NCBI GenBank assembly: GCA_964559675.1
Contig: CAZLHJ010000001.1
Location: 1 to 54,284, forward strand
Origin: Candidatus Woesearchaeota archaeon
Lineage (GTDB): Archaea; Nanobdellota; Nanobdellia; Pacearchaeales; GW2011-AR1
DNA: 54,284 nucleotides
Direction of reading: 5' to 3'
In this document: positions 1-8,278 of the stretch, piece after piece
Layout of the letters: the number at the start of each line of letters is the position of its first letter
Numbering within the stretch: position 1 is the first letter of the stretch
The notes under the pieces: generated by a model
Database searches by the model: none
Told to the model about the DNA's origin: nothing
The model's input: the letters and a program-made list of their open reading frames with translations, nothing else
Translations under genes and position numbers: made by a program

Positions 1-174
1 ATTACTAACTTTCATCTAAATCCAACTACTTATGAAAAAGCATTTACAGAAGCAGGCTTTTTATTCGAATGGGAAGAAATCATGCTTAACTCTTCCGAAG
101 TAGGAAAACCTTATTGGGAAGATTTCTTTAAGGACGAACCTCCATTCATCGCAATGACCGCAACCAAGATTTAA
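1..174 (+). CDS. 3' fragment of a gene running in from the left edge; possibly the C-terminus of a class I SAM-dependent methyltransferase
   Basis: Frame 1 is open from base 1 to TAA at 172-174 (ITNFHLNPTTYEKAFTEAGFLFEW...PPFIAMTATKI). The 'YEKAFTEAGF' helix and terminal beta-strand resemble methyltransferase C-termini. Function is inference. Confidence 0.45.
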   Translation: MTNFHLNPTTYEKAFTEAGFLFEWEEIMLNSSEVGKPYWEDFFKDEPPFIAMTATKI

Positions 175-198
175 AAACCAAATTTCTTAGTTTATTTA

Positions 199-768
199 AT
201 GAGAAATAATATTTACATAATTGAACATCTCGAGCCCGAGCTTTGGCCATGGTGTATAATTGAATATGAGAATATGGCTAAGCTAGTTGGGAAGAAAAGA
301 ATGTGGTTTACAAATATTCAAAAGAAAGATGTATCTAAATTAGAAAAATTCGGAAAAGTTTTCACAGAATCAGTAAAAACAATGGATTTACAAGATACTT
401 GTGTTCTTGATCCAGAATCAAAAATTCTTTTAACTCCAAAAGATTCCCAAGAATTCCAATACTTCATTTTTGGAGGTATTTTAGGAGATCATCCTCCAAA
501 GAAGAGAACTGAATTAGAATTAACAAAATTCATAAAAGATACTAAAACTCGAAACATAGGAAAAGAGCAATTTTCAACAGACTCTGCAGTCTATGTCACA
601 GACCAAATTCTCTCGGGAAAAAACTTCTCCGAACTTAAATTCCAAGATGTTGTAGATATAAAATTAAATGACGTTGAAACAGTCACTCTTCCATTCAGAT
701 ATCCTTTGATAAATGGTAAGCCGAATATCACCAAGAAGCTCATCAAATATCTCAAGACTGCTTATTAG
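199..768 (+). CDS. SPOUT-class SAM-dependent methyltransferase, Sfm1-like (RNA_Me_trans family)
   Basis: Motifs YIIEHLEPEL..W..IEY, VLDPES, FIFGGILGDHPP..RT, QFSTDSAV, V.LPFRY typical of the Sfm1/COG2428 family. Confidence 0.85.
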   Translation: MRNNIYIIEHLEPELWPWCIIEYENMAKLVGKKRMWFTNIQKKDVSKLEKFGKVFTESVKTMDLQDTCVLDPESKILLTPKDSQEFQYFIFGGILGDHPPKKRTELELTKFIKDTKTRNIGKEQFSTDSAVYVTDQILSGKNFSELKFQDVVDIKLNDVETVTLPFRYPLINGKPNITKKLIKYLKTAY

Positions 769-807
769 TAAATAAATCTTTAAATATATTAAAAATGTCT
801 TTTACTC

Positions 808-1284
808 ATGTCTTTTAAAAAAAGAATCCAGTCTCTAGTTACAGAATATATTCAAGGTTCAAGTATAGATAATTTGCTTTTATGGAAGAGGGAAGAAAAA
901 AAAGAATTACAAGCATTATATAACGCAGGATTAGTAGATGACGCAACAATTGAATCCGCGTTACATACTTCAGTTCTAAGGCAAGCACAAGATGATTTTA
1001 AGACAATGACTGCTCCAGATAGGCCTTATAAAATATATCCAGATCACGTTGGAAGGCCTGAATGTCTGGCTTATGCATTAAAACAAGGAGCATTCACTCA
1101 AGCACAAATATCAAGAATTCCTTTCGATCATGGACAGACGGCAGAAACGTTCCCTGAAATTTATGGTAGAGAAAGACTTATTTCAGAACTAAGGGAAAGA
1201 CTTTTAGATCCTGCTCATCCTCTTGAGGGTTTGGATATGGGTGACGTTGATTCAGATCCCCATCCAGTATGCGACTGCTGTTAA
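808..1284 (+). CDS. hypothetical protein
   Basis: 158-aa ORF with an upstream TTTAAATA box; ends in CDCC; no family recognised. Confidence 0.7.
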   Translation: MSFKKRIQSLVTEYIQGSSIDNLLLWKREEKKELQALYNAGLVDDATIESALHTSVLRQAQDDFKTMTAPDRPYKIYPDHVGRPECLAYALKQGAFTQAQISRIPFDHGQTAETFPEIYGRERLISELRERLLDPAHPLEGLDMGDVDSDPHPVCDCC

Positions 1285-1413
1285 AAGGTTAAAAGCAAAG
1301 ATTTAAATCCTCACATTTATTCAATTTTTCAATAAAGATAAGGATATGAGATAAAATATAAGATATAGATTTCTAATTAGTTAAAATGTTAATAAATATA
1401 ATGGAGGATTTTC

Positions 1414-1599
1414 ATGGAAGGAAGATTTAACGGTCCAAGAAGAGGCGGTTTCAAGCCAAATTTCAGACCCAGAGAGAACCAAGAGAAGCATAAAGCTATC
1501 TGTTCCGAATGCAAGCAAGAATGCGAAGTACCATTCAAGCCAGCAGAAGGCAGACCAGTTTATTGCAGAGACTGCTTTAAAGCAAGAGCTGCAGCTTAA
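1414..1599 (+). CDS. CxxC-x17-CxxC zinc-ribbon protein with Arg/Gly-rich N-terminus
   Basis: AICSECKQECEVPFKP.EGRPVYCRDCF signature; GGAGG Shine-Dalgarno motif just upstream. Confidence 0.9.
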   Translation: MEGRFNGPRRGGFKPNFRPRENQEKHKAICSECKQECEVPFKPAEGRPVYCRDCFKARAAA

Positions 1600-1684
1600 T
1601 TAGACACTAAGTCAAATTATTTTTATTTTTTATTCCTCTTTCTTATTTTTATCAGAAGTATCGTATAGGGAAGAAAAGGCAACC

Positions 1685-1691
1685 TTTAAAA
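1685..1691 (+). promoter_or_regulatory. archaeal TATA box for the initiator tRNA gene
   Basis: TTTAAAA about 25-30 nt upstream of the tRNA 5' end, preceded by a purine-rich BRE-like stretch. Confidence 0.6.
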
Positions 1692-1715
1692 CCCCTTTCT
1701 CATCTATATTTACAT

Positions 1716-1791
1716 AGCGGAGTAGAGCAGCCTGGAGTGCTCGCGAGGCCCATAACCTCGAGGTCGTGCGGTTCAAATCCCACCTCCGCTA
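1716..1791 (+). tRNA. tRNA-Met(CAU), initiator type; CCA not encoded
   Basis: Cloverleaf AGCGGAG/CTCCGCT-A; D stem GAGC/GCTC; anticodon CAT at 1751-1753; TTCAAAT T-loop. A1-U72 and A11-U24 are initiator hallmarks. Confidence 0.92.
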
Positions 1792-1842
1792 TTATCATTC
1801 CAGAACAATTATACTTTTAATATCTCGAATCTTCAAGAAGGC

Positions 1843-2733
1843 ATGAGGGATTCAAGAAGAGATTTTTTTCTATCAACCACACTAACTCTCTCATCTTTAT
1901 TATCTCAAGGATGTGTTTCTCAATTATCTCTCCGAGAATCGGAAACTCAAGTAATTCAAATTCAACAATCTCAGATACATCAACAAACCTATGAACAAGA
2001 TGAATTCTTATCTTCTTTTCCAAAAAAAATAAACGGAATAAGAGAGATAGAGTTCTTCCCATCTCCAAACCCAGACGCCTATATAATTTTCATAAGACAA
2101 TATCATCATATTCCTGGCATCTCAGAAGAAAAGCTAAGAAAAGTAGAATCGGTTCAAAAAGATATTTACTCAGCATTAAAAGACCTATCTTCAAAATACC
2201 CTATAAAATCTTTTTATCTTGAGGGAATCTCTATAAATGAGGAAAACACTGCAAATCAACTTTGCTCTCTTTGGAGAAGTGTTGACCAAATCACAAAAGA
2301 AAAATTGGACACAATACACTTACTAGATAATTCAAGACTTTGGCACTCAGACTCTTGTGAGATAACTAGAGATTACCTAATAAATAGAATAGAAAAACCA
2401 AGAAATGCTTTTCTCAAAAGAATGTTTATTTATCACGGAGCTCCATATGTAATATCTAAAGAGAACGGCGCACAATTAAATGCAGCAGAACAAGAGGAAT
2501 TGAACAAAAGAGCAGGCGAGGCAATTGACAATTTTTCAGAAGATGCAAAAAGACTAGTTCTAAAGGAAAGAGAAGATATGGCTTTAACTTACCTCACAGG
2601 AAACGATGAAAAAATAAAAGTTCTTCTCTTCGGAGCACTCCATGACTTCAGAACAAATGTATATGAATGGAACACGAAAGGAAATCGCCCAAGATATTCT
2701 CTTATAACTTTAACTCCTAATTCAGTGGAATAA
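1843..2733 (+). CDS. putative exported lipoprotein, TraB/Tiki/ChaN/EreA-superfamily-like fold
   Basis: N-terminal SRRDFF twin-arginine-like motif and SQGC lipobox-like Cys; motifs IRQYHH, FYLEG, EREDMA and LFGALHDF are spaced as in this superfamily. Confidence 0.5.
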   Translation: MRDSRRDFFLSTTLTLSSLLSQGCVSQLSLRESETQVIQIQQSQIHQQTYEQDEFLSSFPKKINGIREIEFFPSPNPDAYIIFIRQYHHIPGISEEKLRKVESVQKDIYSALKDLSSKYPIKSFYLEGISINEENTANQLCSLWRSVDQITKEKLDTIHLLDNSRLWHSDSCEITRDYLINRIEKPRNAFLKRMFIYHGAPYVISKENGAQLNAAEQEELNKRAGEAIDNFSEDAKRLVLKEREDMALTYLTGNDEKIKVLLFGALHDFRTNVYEWNTKGNRPRYSLITLTPNSVE

Positions 2734-2771
2734 ACAATTAAATTTTTATATAGATTAAATTTCCTAGAACC

Positions 2772-3449
2772 ATGTTAATTCTAGGTATTGACGATGCGGG
2801 GAGAGGTCCAATAATAGGTCCAATGGTTTTAGCAGGAGTTCTAATCAGCTATGAATCCGAAGCAGAACTAAAAGCCCTAGGGGTGAAAGATTCAAAAGCA
2901 GTCCTTCAAAATTCAAGGGTAAAAATTGCAAAATCAATAAAATCAATCGCTCTTGACAGCAAAGTAGTTCTCTCCACACCAGAAGAAATAGATTCTTCTA
3001 TTTTATCAGGAACAAATCTCAACACATTAGAAGCAATAAAAACTGCAGAGATAATAAACTATATAACAAAAAATCACAAATCAAGAATAAAAGTAGTGGT
3101 GGATTGCCCTTCTGTGAATATTAAAGCATGGACTGCAACCCTCCTCAAATATGTAAAAGAACCAGATAATTTAGAAGTTACTTGTGAACATAAGGCAGAT
3201 GTAAATCATGTAGCAGTTTCAGCTGCATCAATTTTAGCTAAAACCACAAGAGAAGAACAAGTAGATAAAATAAAAGAAAAATATGGAAACATGGGAAGTG
3301 GTTACCCTGCAGATCCTTTCACAAAAGAATTTTTAATAAAGCGTGGAAAAGAATTAGAAAACTCAGGAATTTTCAGAAAATCCTGGCAAACCTGGAAAAC
3401 TCTCTTCGGAGATCCAAGTGAAAAGGATAAGCAAGCTAAGTTGTTTTAA
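2772..3449 (+). CDS. rnhB: ribonuclease HII
   Basis: GIDDAGRGPIIGPMV, GVKDSK, VVVDC, HKADV..VAVSAASILAK, GSGYPADP. Confidence 0.97.
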   Translation: MLILGIDDAGRGPIIGPMVLAGVLISYESEAELKALGVKDSKAVLQNSRVKIAKSIKSIALDSKVVLSTPEEIDSSILSGTNLNTLEAIKTAEIINYITKNHKSRIKVVVDCPSVNIKAWTATLLKYVKEPDNLEVTCEHKADVNHVAVSAASILAKTTREEQVDKIKEKYGNMGSGYPADPFTKEFLIKRGKELENSGIFRKSWQTWKTLFGDPSEKDKQAKLF

Positions 3450-3484
3450 CAATAAATTTATCAATAAAAAACTCATTTAAGATT

Positions 3485-4009
3485 ATGGAAGAAATAGAAT
3501 CCTTGATCAAAAAAGTAAATTTGTTTAAGCAACCCTTTACTGAAATTTCAAAAAAAGATCTATCAGACTTAACAAAAAGAAATATTTCAGTAGAAGATTT
3601 TTTAGATTACATTTCTAAAAAATTTGATGTTTTACTTCACGGCTCACGAAATTTAATCCAAGATAAAATCAAAGCAATCAATAATGGAATTTTTGCCACT
3701 AATTTAGCAAGTATAGCTATAATGGAATCATTAATCTCAAATATTAAATGTAATTTGAGATATCCCTATATTATCTCAAAGAAAAACCCTCTAGTAATTG
3801 AAATAGAAAATATTAATTCTAAAACCATTGGGAAAAAAGGATTTATTTACATCATCAGTTCAGATAATTTTGAAAATTATCCAGATAAATCCTGGCAATT
3901 TCTAAACAAAGAAAATAAAGAAGTTAAAATTTTAGCGAGAGTTGAAATTTCATTCAAGGATTTTAAATATCAGATTATTGACAAGACAAATAATAAAAGA
4001 ATTCAATAA
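3485..4009 (+). CDS. hypothetical protein, possible ADP-ribosyltransferase-like fold
   Basis: LLHGS ... GIFAT ... GFIYII motif order resembles H-G-[ST] ART-fold enzymes; weak. Confidence 0.4.
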   Translation: MEEIESLIKKVNLFKQPFTEISKKDLSDLTKRNISVEDFLDYISKKFDVLLHGSRNLIQDKIKAINNGIFATNLASIAIMESLISNIKCNLRYPYIISKKNPLVIEIENINSKTIGKKGFIYIISSDNFENYPDKSWQFLNKENKEVKILARVEISFKDFKYQIIDKTNNKRIQ

Positions 4010-4081
4010 TAGGTTATAATAGGTTATAACTAAAAAGGAGCATACGGAAAGTTTTAAATATCGGATTTAGTGTAAAAATTA

Positions 4082-4705
4082 ATGACTTCCTTAGAAAGAC
4101 TGGGAATAAAATGCGAATATCGCACAGAAGGAATGAGAGAACTGAATTACACAATTCCATTAAATCCTGAAAAATTTAATAGTCCTAAGGAGGAGAGAGA
4201 TTATTTTCAGAAGATGATCCGAGGGATCTCAAGGGATGTTTCTAAGAAAAAAGGTCTCGAGAATTTAACTCTTACATTCGACTCATCCCATAGAGATGGA
4301 CTAATCTCAACAACACAAGAATTAATAGATGAAGCAGAAAAACAAAAATTAATTAGAAAAGGAGAGGGAGACTTTCCCATTCTACCAAGAATCTTAATTA
4401 TTGGAGGAGCAACTGCAGGTACAGTAGCAGGTCTTGTTTACGGTTATGATCAAATGTCTGAGTGGGGCACAAATGCAGCAAATTCTATGAATAATTATTC
4501 GCATCTATTAGCTCCAATAGCAGGAAGTTTACAAGCAGGCATCTCTATTTTTGGAAGTGCAGCAACGACTCTCGTCGGATGTTTAGCGGGACTTTTTGGT
4601 GGAGTAATCGCATCAAGACCATATGTATTTGCAAAAACTCCTCTCGCTAGCGAGGTTGAAAATTTCAAGAGGATTAAAGAGGAATTATCTTCAAGTAAAA
4701 TTTAA
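4082..4705 (+). CDS. hypothetical membrane protein with glycine-zipper-like helices
   Basis: Hydrophobic Gly/Ala-rich segments (GGATAGTVAGLVYG; GCLAGLFGGVIA). Confidence 0.65.
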   Translation: MTSLERLGIKCEYRTEGMRELNYTIPLNPEKFNSPKEERDYFQKMIRGISRDVSKKKGLENLTLTFDSSHRDGLISTTQELIDEAEKQKLIRKGEGDFPILPRILIIGGATAGTVAGLVYGYDQMSEWGTNAANSMNNYSHLLAPIAGSLQAGISIFGSAATTLVGCLAGLFGGVIASRPYVFAKTPLASEVENFKRIKEELSSSKI

Positions 4706-4747
4706 GGATTATTCTAGCCAATAATACAATAAATTTACCATAAAAAT

Positions 4748-7615
4748 CTACTCCATTCTCAAACTTAAAATCTTTGAAATTCCTTCATGCATACTCACAC
4801 CATACAAAATATTTGAATTTGTAATTAAAGCATCATTATGTGTAACTACAATATATTGCCCGGCTTTCATATATTGATTTAATAAACCCGCAAGCCTCTC
4901 TGAATTTCTCTTATCTAGTGCTGCATCAATCTCATCAAAGATATAGAAGTGATATGGCTTATGCTCTTGTATAGCGAATAATAATGAGAGAGCAACCATT
5001 GTTTGTTCTCCACCAGACAACGAAGTAACATCAAAGTATTTACCTTTGGCCATTTTAACAACGATATTTACTCCGCCTTTGAACAAATCTTCTTTATTCT
5101 CAATTTCCAAATACGCCTCACCTTTAGTTGAAATTTTACTAAAGTTCTGAGAAAAGATTTCATTAACAGCATGGAAACTCTTCATAAATTCTCTCTTCTT
5201 TTTCTTATCAATCTCTTCAATAATGCTCATAATATCTCCTTTTTCTTTTTCAAGAACCTGAACTTTCTCAAACACTACATCATACTCTTTCTTAACTTCT
5301 TGATACACTTCAAGAGCCCTCATATTAATATTTCCAATTTGTTGTAATAAAAATTGAGTTTTTCTTAATTTATCTTCTAACATTGCTACAGTTCCTTGAA
5401 TAATTTCAACTCCATGGAATTCTGAAATTTCAAATTCAAGAGATTCCTTTTCAGCAACAAATTTCGCAAGCCCGATTTTCAAATAATTCGCCTGATCATC
5501 AATTTGCCTCATTTCATTATTGAGGTCATTTAATTCTAAACTAGCTTCTTGAGATTGAACTTGTGTCTTATCTCTCTCTTCAAACATCTTTTTAAATTTC
5601 TCATTAAGTTTTCTCTCTTGCTCTTCTTTTTCTTTCAAAAGTGCAAACTTTTCCTTAAGCTCTCTCGTATGTTCCATTAATATTTTATTTAACTCTTCAA
5701 GACCTTGCATATTAATTTTAATAGCATTCCTAGATGCGTCTAAATCTCTTTCTCTATAAATTAAGACCGTATCCACATTTTCTTCAGTTCTGGAAGATAT
5801 TTCCTCAATCTCCATAATTTTCCTTTCATATTCTTCTTCTAACTTACTAGAATCAAGAGACTTTGATTCAAGAGTATCTCTCTTCTTTTCAAGCTCTTGT
5901 AATTCTTTTCTAATATTGTCTTGTTCTTCAGTTAATTTTCTCAAATTATCTTTTTTTTCTTTAAGATTTCTTTGATTAATTAATTCAATTTCAGATTTAG
6001 ATAATTTTTCTTCATTCTCTCTCAACTCCCTCATTAACTCTTCTCTCTTAGATTTAATATTCTCCAGCTCTTGCTTGGCCCTTTGAGATTTATCTCTGTG
6101 CTCTTTTATTCTATTATCTGAATCGCTATATACATGAGATATATGGTCTTCAGTAATCTTACTTTGACATAGCGGACAAGTATCTATCTTAGAAACATCT
6201 TCTTTTATTTTCTCAGCTCTTCTTATTTCTATATCTGCAACTCCAATTATTTTTTCATTTTGAATAGAATCATCATGTAATTTATTCAATTCCTCTCTTC
6301 TGCTCTTTATTCTCTCTTTTATTTTTTCTATATGTGATTGAGTATCTTCAACATTCTTATAGATGAATTTACTAGAGATATCATCTATATTTCTTAACAA
6401 ATGGTCTCCTTCAGAAGTATTTCTAGCTAATTGCCTTTCTTTATCTTTTATTCTTTCTCTGGTTGAATTAAGCTCGGTCTTTAAACTTAGAATTTTTCTT
6501 CTCTCCCCTTCAAGTTGAGACAACTCTTCTTTCTTTTTCCTAACTTCTTCTGCTTTCTTAGCCATCAAAGGACTCTTCTTCCTAAGCTCTTGGATTTCCT
6601 TCTCAATTTCAGGAATACTTGCTTTAAGCTCTTTAATTCTCCTCTCAGACTCGTCTTTTCTATGTTCTTGACTTTCTTTTCTTACTCTTAATCCTTCTAA
6701 ACTTGCCCGTAAATTAGAGATATCATTTCTCAAGGATTCTTGTTCTAATCCCGTAGATTGTTGAATATGCTTATTTATAGTATTAATCTTATCAGTTAAA
6801 ATTTCAAGCTCTCCTTGCAATTTAACATATTTCTCCTTTAATTTCTCTTTTTGTTTATTCCTCTCTTCAATACTCTTTTCAACATTTTCAATTTCTTTTT
6901 TCTTCTCATTTAATTTCTTTGTAATAATACTTGCCTTTGTTTTTTTCACAGATTCTTCTAATTCTTTAAATTTCTCAGCCTGCTCTTTCTCTTTTTCTAA
7001 ATTTTTCAAATAACTAGACCTTTCTCTCAAAATAGTAGAAATTTCCTTCAGCTTAGAATCTGTTTTCTCAAGTTCTTTCATAGCTCTTTCTTTTCTTGTT
7101 TCATAAATCGAGATTCCTGCTACTTCCTCAACTATTTTTCTTCTTTCTTCTCCATGCATTCTTACAATGCTTTGAATCTGTCCTTGCAAAACTAAATTAA
7201 ATCCATGAGGGTCTATACCTGCCTGAGCTAATAATTCAATTACTTCTGCTCGTGTTTTAACTTCTCCATTTATCTTATATATGCTCTGCCCGTTTCTTCT
7301 TACAATTCTTGTTAAAACAACTTCATCCGCATCTAAACCAAAATCTCTAGAAGTATTATCAAAATATAGCTCAACAACCGCCTCTCTAGCAGGCTTCATT
7401 AATTTACTTCCCATAAAAATCAAATTAGACGCTTTAGCCGTCCTCATACTCTTCATACTGAGCCTTCCAAGTGCAAAACATAACGCGTCAGATATGTTGC
7501 TCTTCCCAGATCCGTTCGGGCCTATAACTGTGTTAATATTTTTATCAAAAATAACTTCAGTTTTCTTGGCGAAACTCTTGAATCCATGAATCACCATCTT
7601 TTTGATATACGTCAT
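4748..7615 (-). CDS. smc: SMC-family ATPase: Smc-type head, central CxxC zinc hook, no recognisable hinge
   Basis: Walker A GPNGSGKSN, Q-loop VLQGQI, signature LSGGEQ, Walker B FDEIDAALD, H-loop VVTHN, long coiled coils, CPLC at aa 480-483. Confidence 0.9.
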   Translation of the reverse strand: MTYIKKMVIHGFKSFAKKTEVIFDKNINTVIGPNGSGKSNISDALCFALGRLSMKSMRTAKASNLIFMGSKLMKPAREAVVELYFDNTSRDFGLDADEVVLTRIVRRNGQSIYKINGEVKTRAEVIELLAQAGIDPHGFNLVLQGQIQSIVRMHGEERRKIVEEVAGISIYETRKERAMKELEKTDSKLKEISTILRERSSYLKNLEKEKEQAEKFKELEESVKKTKASIITKKLNEKKKEIENVEKSIEERNKQKEKLKEKYVKLQGELEILTDKINTINKHIQQSTGLEQESLRNDISNLRASLEGLRVRKESQEHRKDESERRIKELKASIPEIEKEIQELRKKSPLMAKKAEEVRKKKEELSQLEGERRKILSLKTELNSTRERIKDKERQLARNTSEGDHLLRNIDDISSKFIYKNVEDTQSHIEKIKERIKSRREELNKLHDDSIQNEKIIGVADIEIRRAEKIKEDVSKIDTCPLCQSKITEDHISHVYSDSDNRIKEHRDKSQRAKQELENIKSKREELMRELRENEEKLSKSEIELINQRNLKEKKDNLRKLTEEQDNIRKELQELEKKRDTLESKSLDSSKLEEEYERKIMEIEEISSRTEENVDTVLIYRERDLDASRNAIKINMQGLEELNKILMEHTRELKEKFALLKEKEEQERKLNEKFKKMFEERDKTQVQSQEASLELNDLNNEMRQIDDQANYLKIGLAKFVAEKESLEFEISEFHGVEIIQGTVAMLEDKLRKTQFLLQQIGNINMRALEVYQEVKKEYDVVFEKVQVLEKEKGDIMSIIEEIDKKKKREFMKSFHAVNEIFSQNFSKISTKGEAYLEIENKEDLFKGGVNIVVKMAKGKYFDVTSLSGGEQTMVALSLLFAIQEHKPYHFYIFDEIDAALDKRNSERLAGLLNQYMKAGQYIVVTHNDALITNSNILYGVSMHEGISKILSLRME

Positions 7616-7769
7616 AAACTCTCTTATTAAACCGAATATTTAAAGTTTCAGATATAAGGGAATGAAAATGAAAGAAATGCGAATCTTTAAATAATTTTTA
7701 GATCTAATTTAAATGAATATCTTTACACTTATTGGTATTTTTAGGAGCAGAAGAGAAAGCCTTAGAGCA

Positions 7770-8207
7770 TCATCGAACTAGTCTCAATTCAGGAGAAGAA
7801 ACTAATCTATATTCTCCAGTTTCATCATCTAATTCATAAACTTCAGAACGACTAACCATACTAGAGAATGCCTTATGGCTTACCTCTCTAGTTTTTTCTT
7901 GATAATCCATTATCCTAGTTACTAAATCAATTCCTAAAAGTCCAATGACTTCTTTTAAGGACATCGATAATTCATATCTTCTATGTCTTTTTGAAATATT
8001 CTTTGGAAGAGCTTTCAAAATTTCCAATTCCCTTTTATCTAATGTAGTCCAAAAACCCTCAAATCCATTTTCCGAAAAATTTCCTACTGCTCCTGAATGG
8101 TCTTGATAAAATCTCCAGAATTGATTCGCAACAGTTTTGTTATATCCAAAAGAAGTTAGTCTTTTAACTACTGATTCTCTTAACCTTGCATACGTTTCTC
8201 TAGACAT
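7770..8207 (-). CDS. hypothetical protein
   Basis: 145-aa ORF; no family recognised. Confidence 0.7.
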   Translation of the reverse strand: MSRETYARLRESVVKRLTSFGYNKTVANQFWRFYQDHSGAVGNFSENGFEGFWTTLDKRELEILKALPKNISKRHRRYELSMSLKEVIGLLGIDLVTRIMDYQEKTREVSHKAFSSMVSRSEVYELDDETGEYRLVSSPELRLVR

Positions 8208-8278
8208 GATATCTAGATAAACGGGAGTGTATAAAAGATTTTTCTTTTGCCTTATTAGGAAAATTCTTTCAGAATTTC

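Noticed and set aside
1303-1318. 16-nt match TTAAATCCTCACATTT shared with 24463-24478 (fusA leader, antisense)
   Set aside because: Exact matches of this length are expected by chance in 54 kb of AT-rich DNA, and this one overlaps a generic TATA-CCT promoter pattern.
1817-2068. 83-aa minus-strand ORF
   Set aside because: Antisense shadow of the lipoprotein gene; no family features.
4007-4029. 10-bp tandem repeat TAATAGGTTA (about 2.3 copies)
   Set aside because: Too short and AT-rich; probably a local slippage with no evident function.
7281-7589. 102-aa plus-strand ORF
   Set aside because: Antisense to smc.
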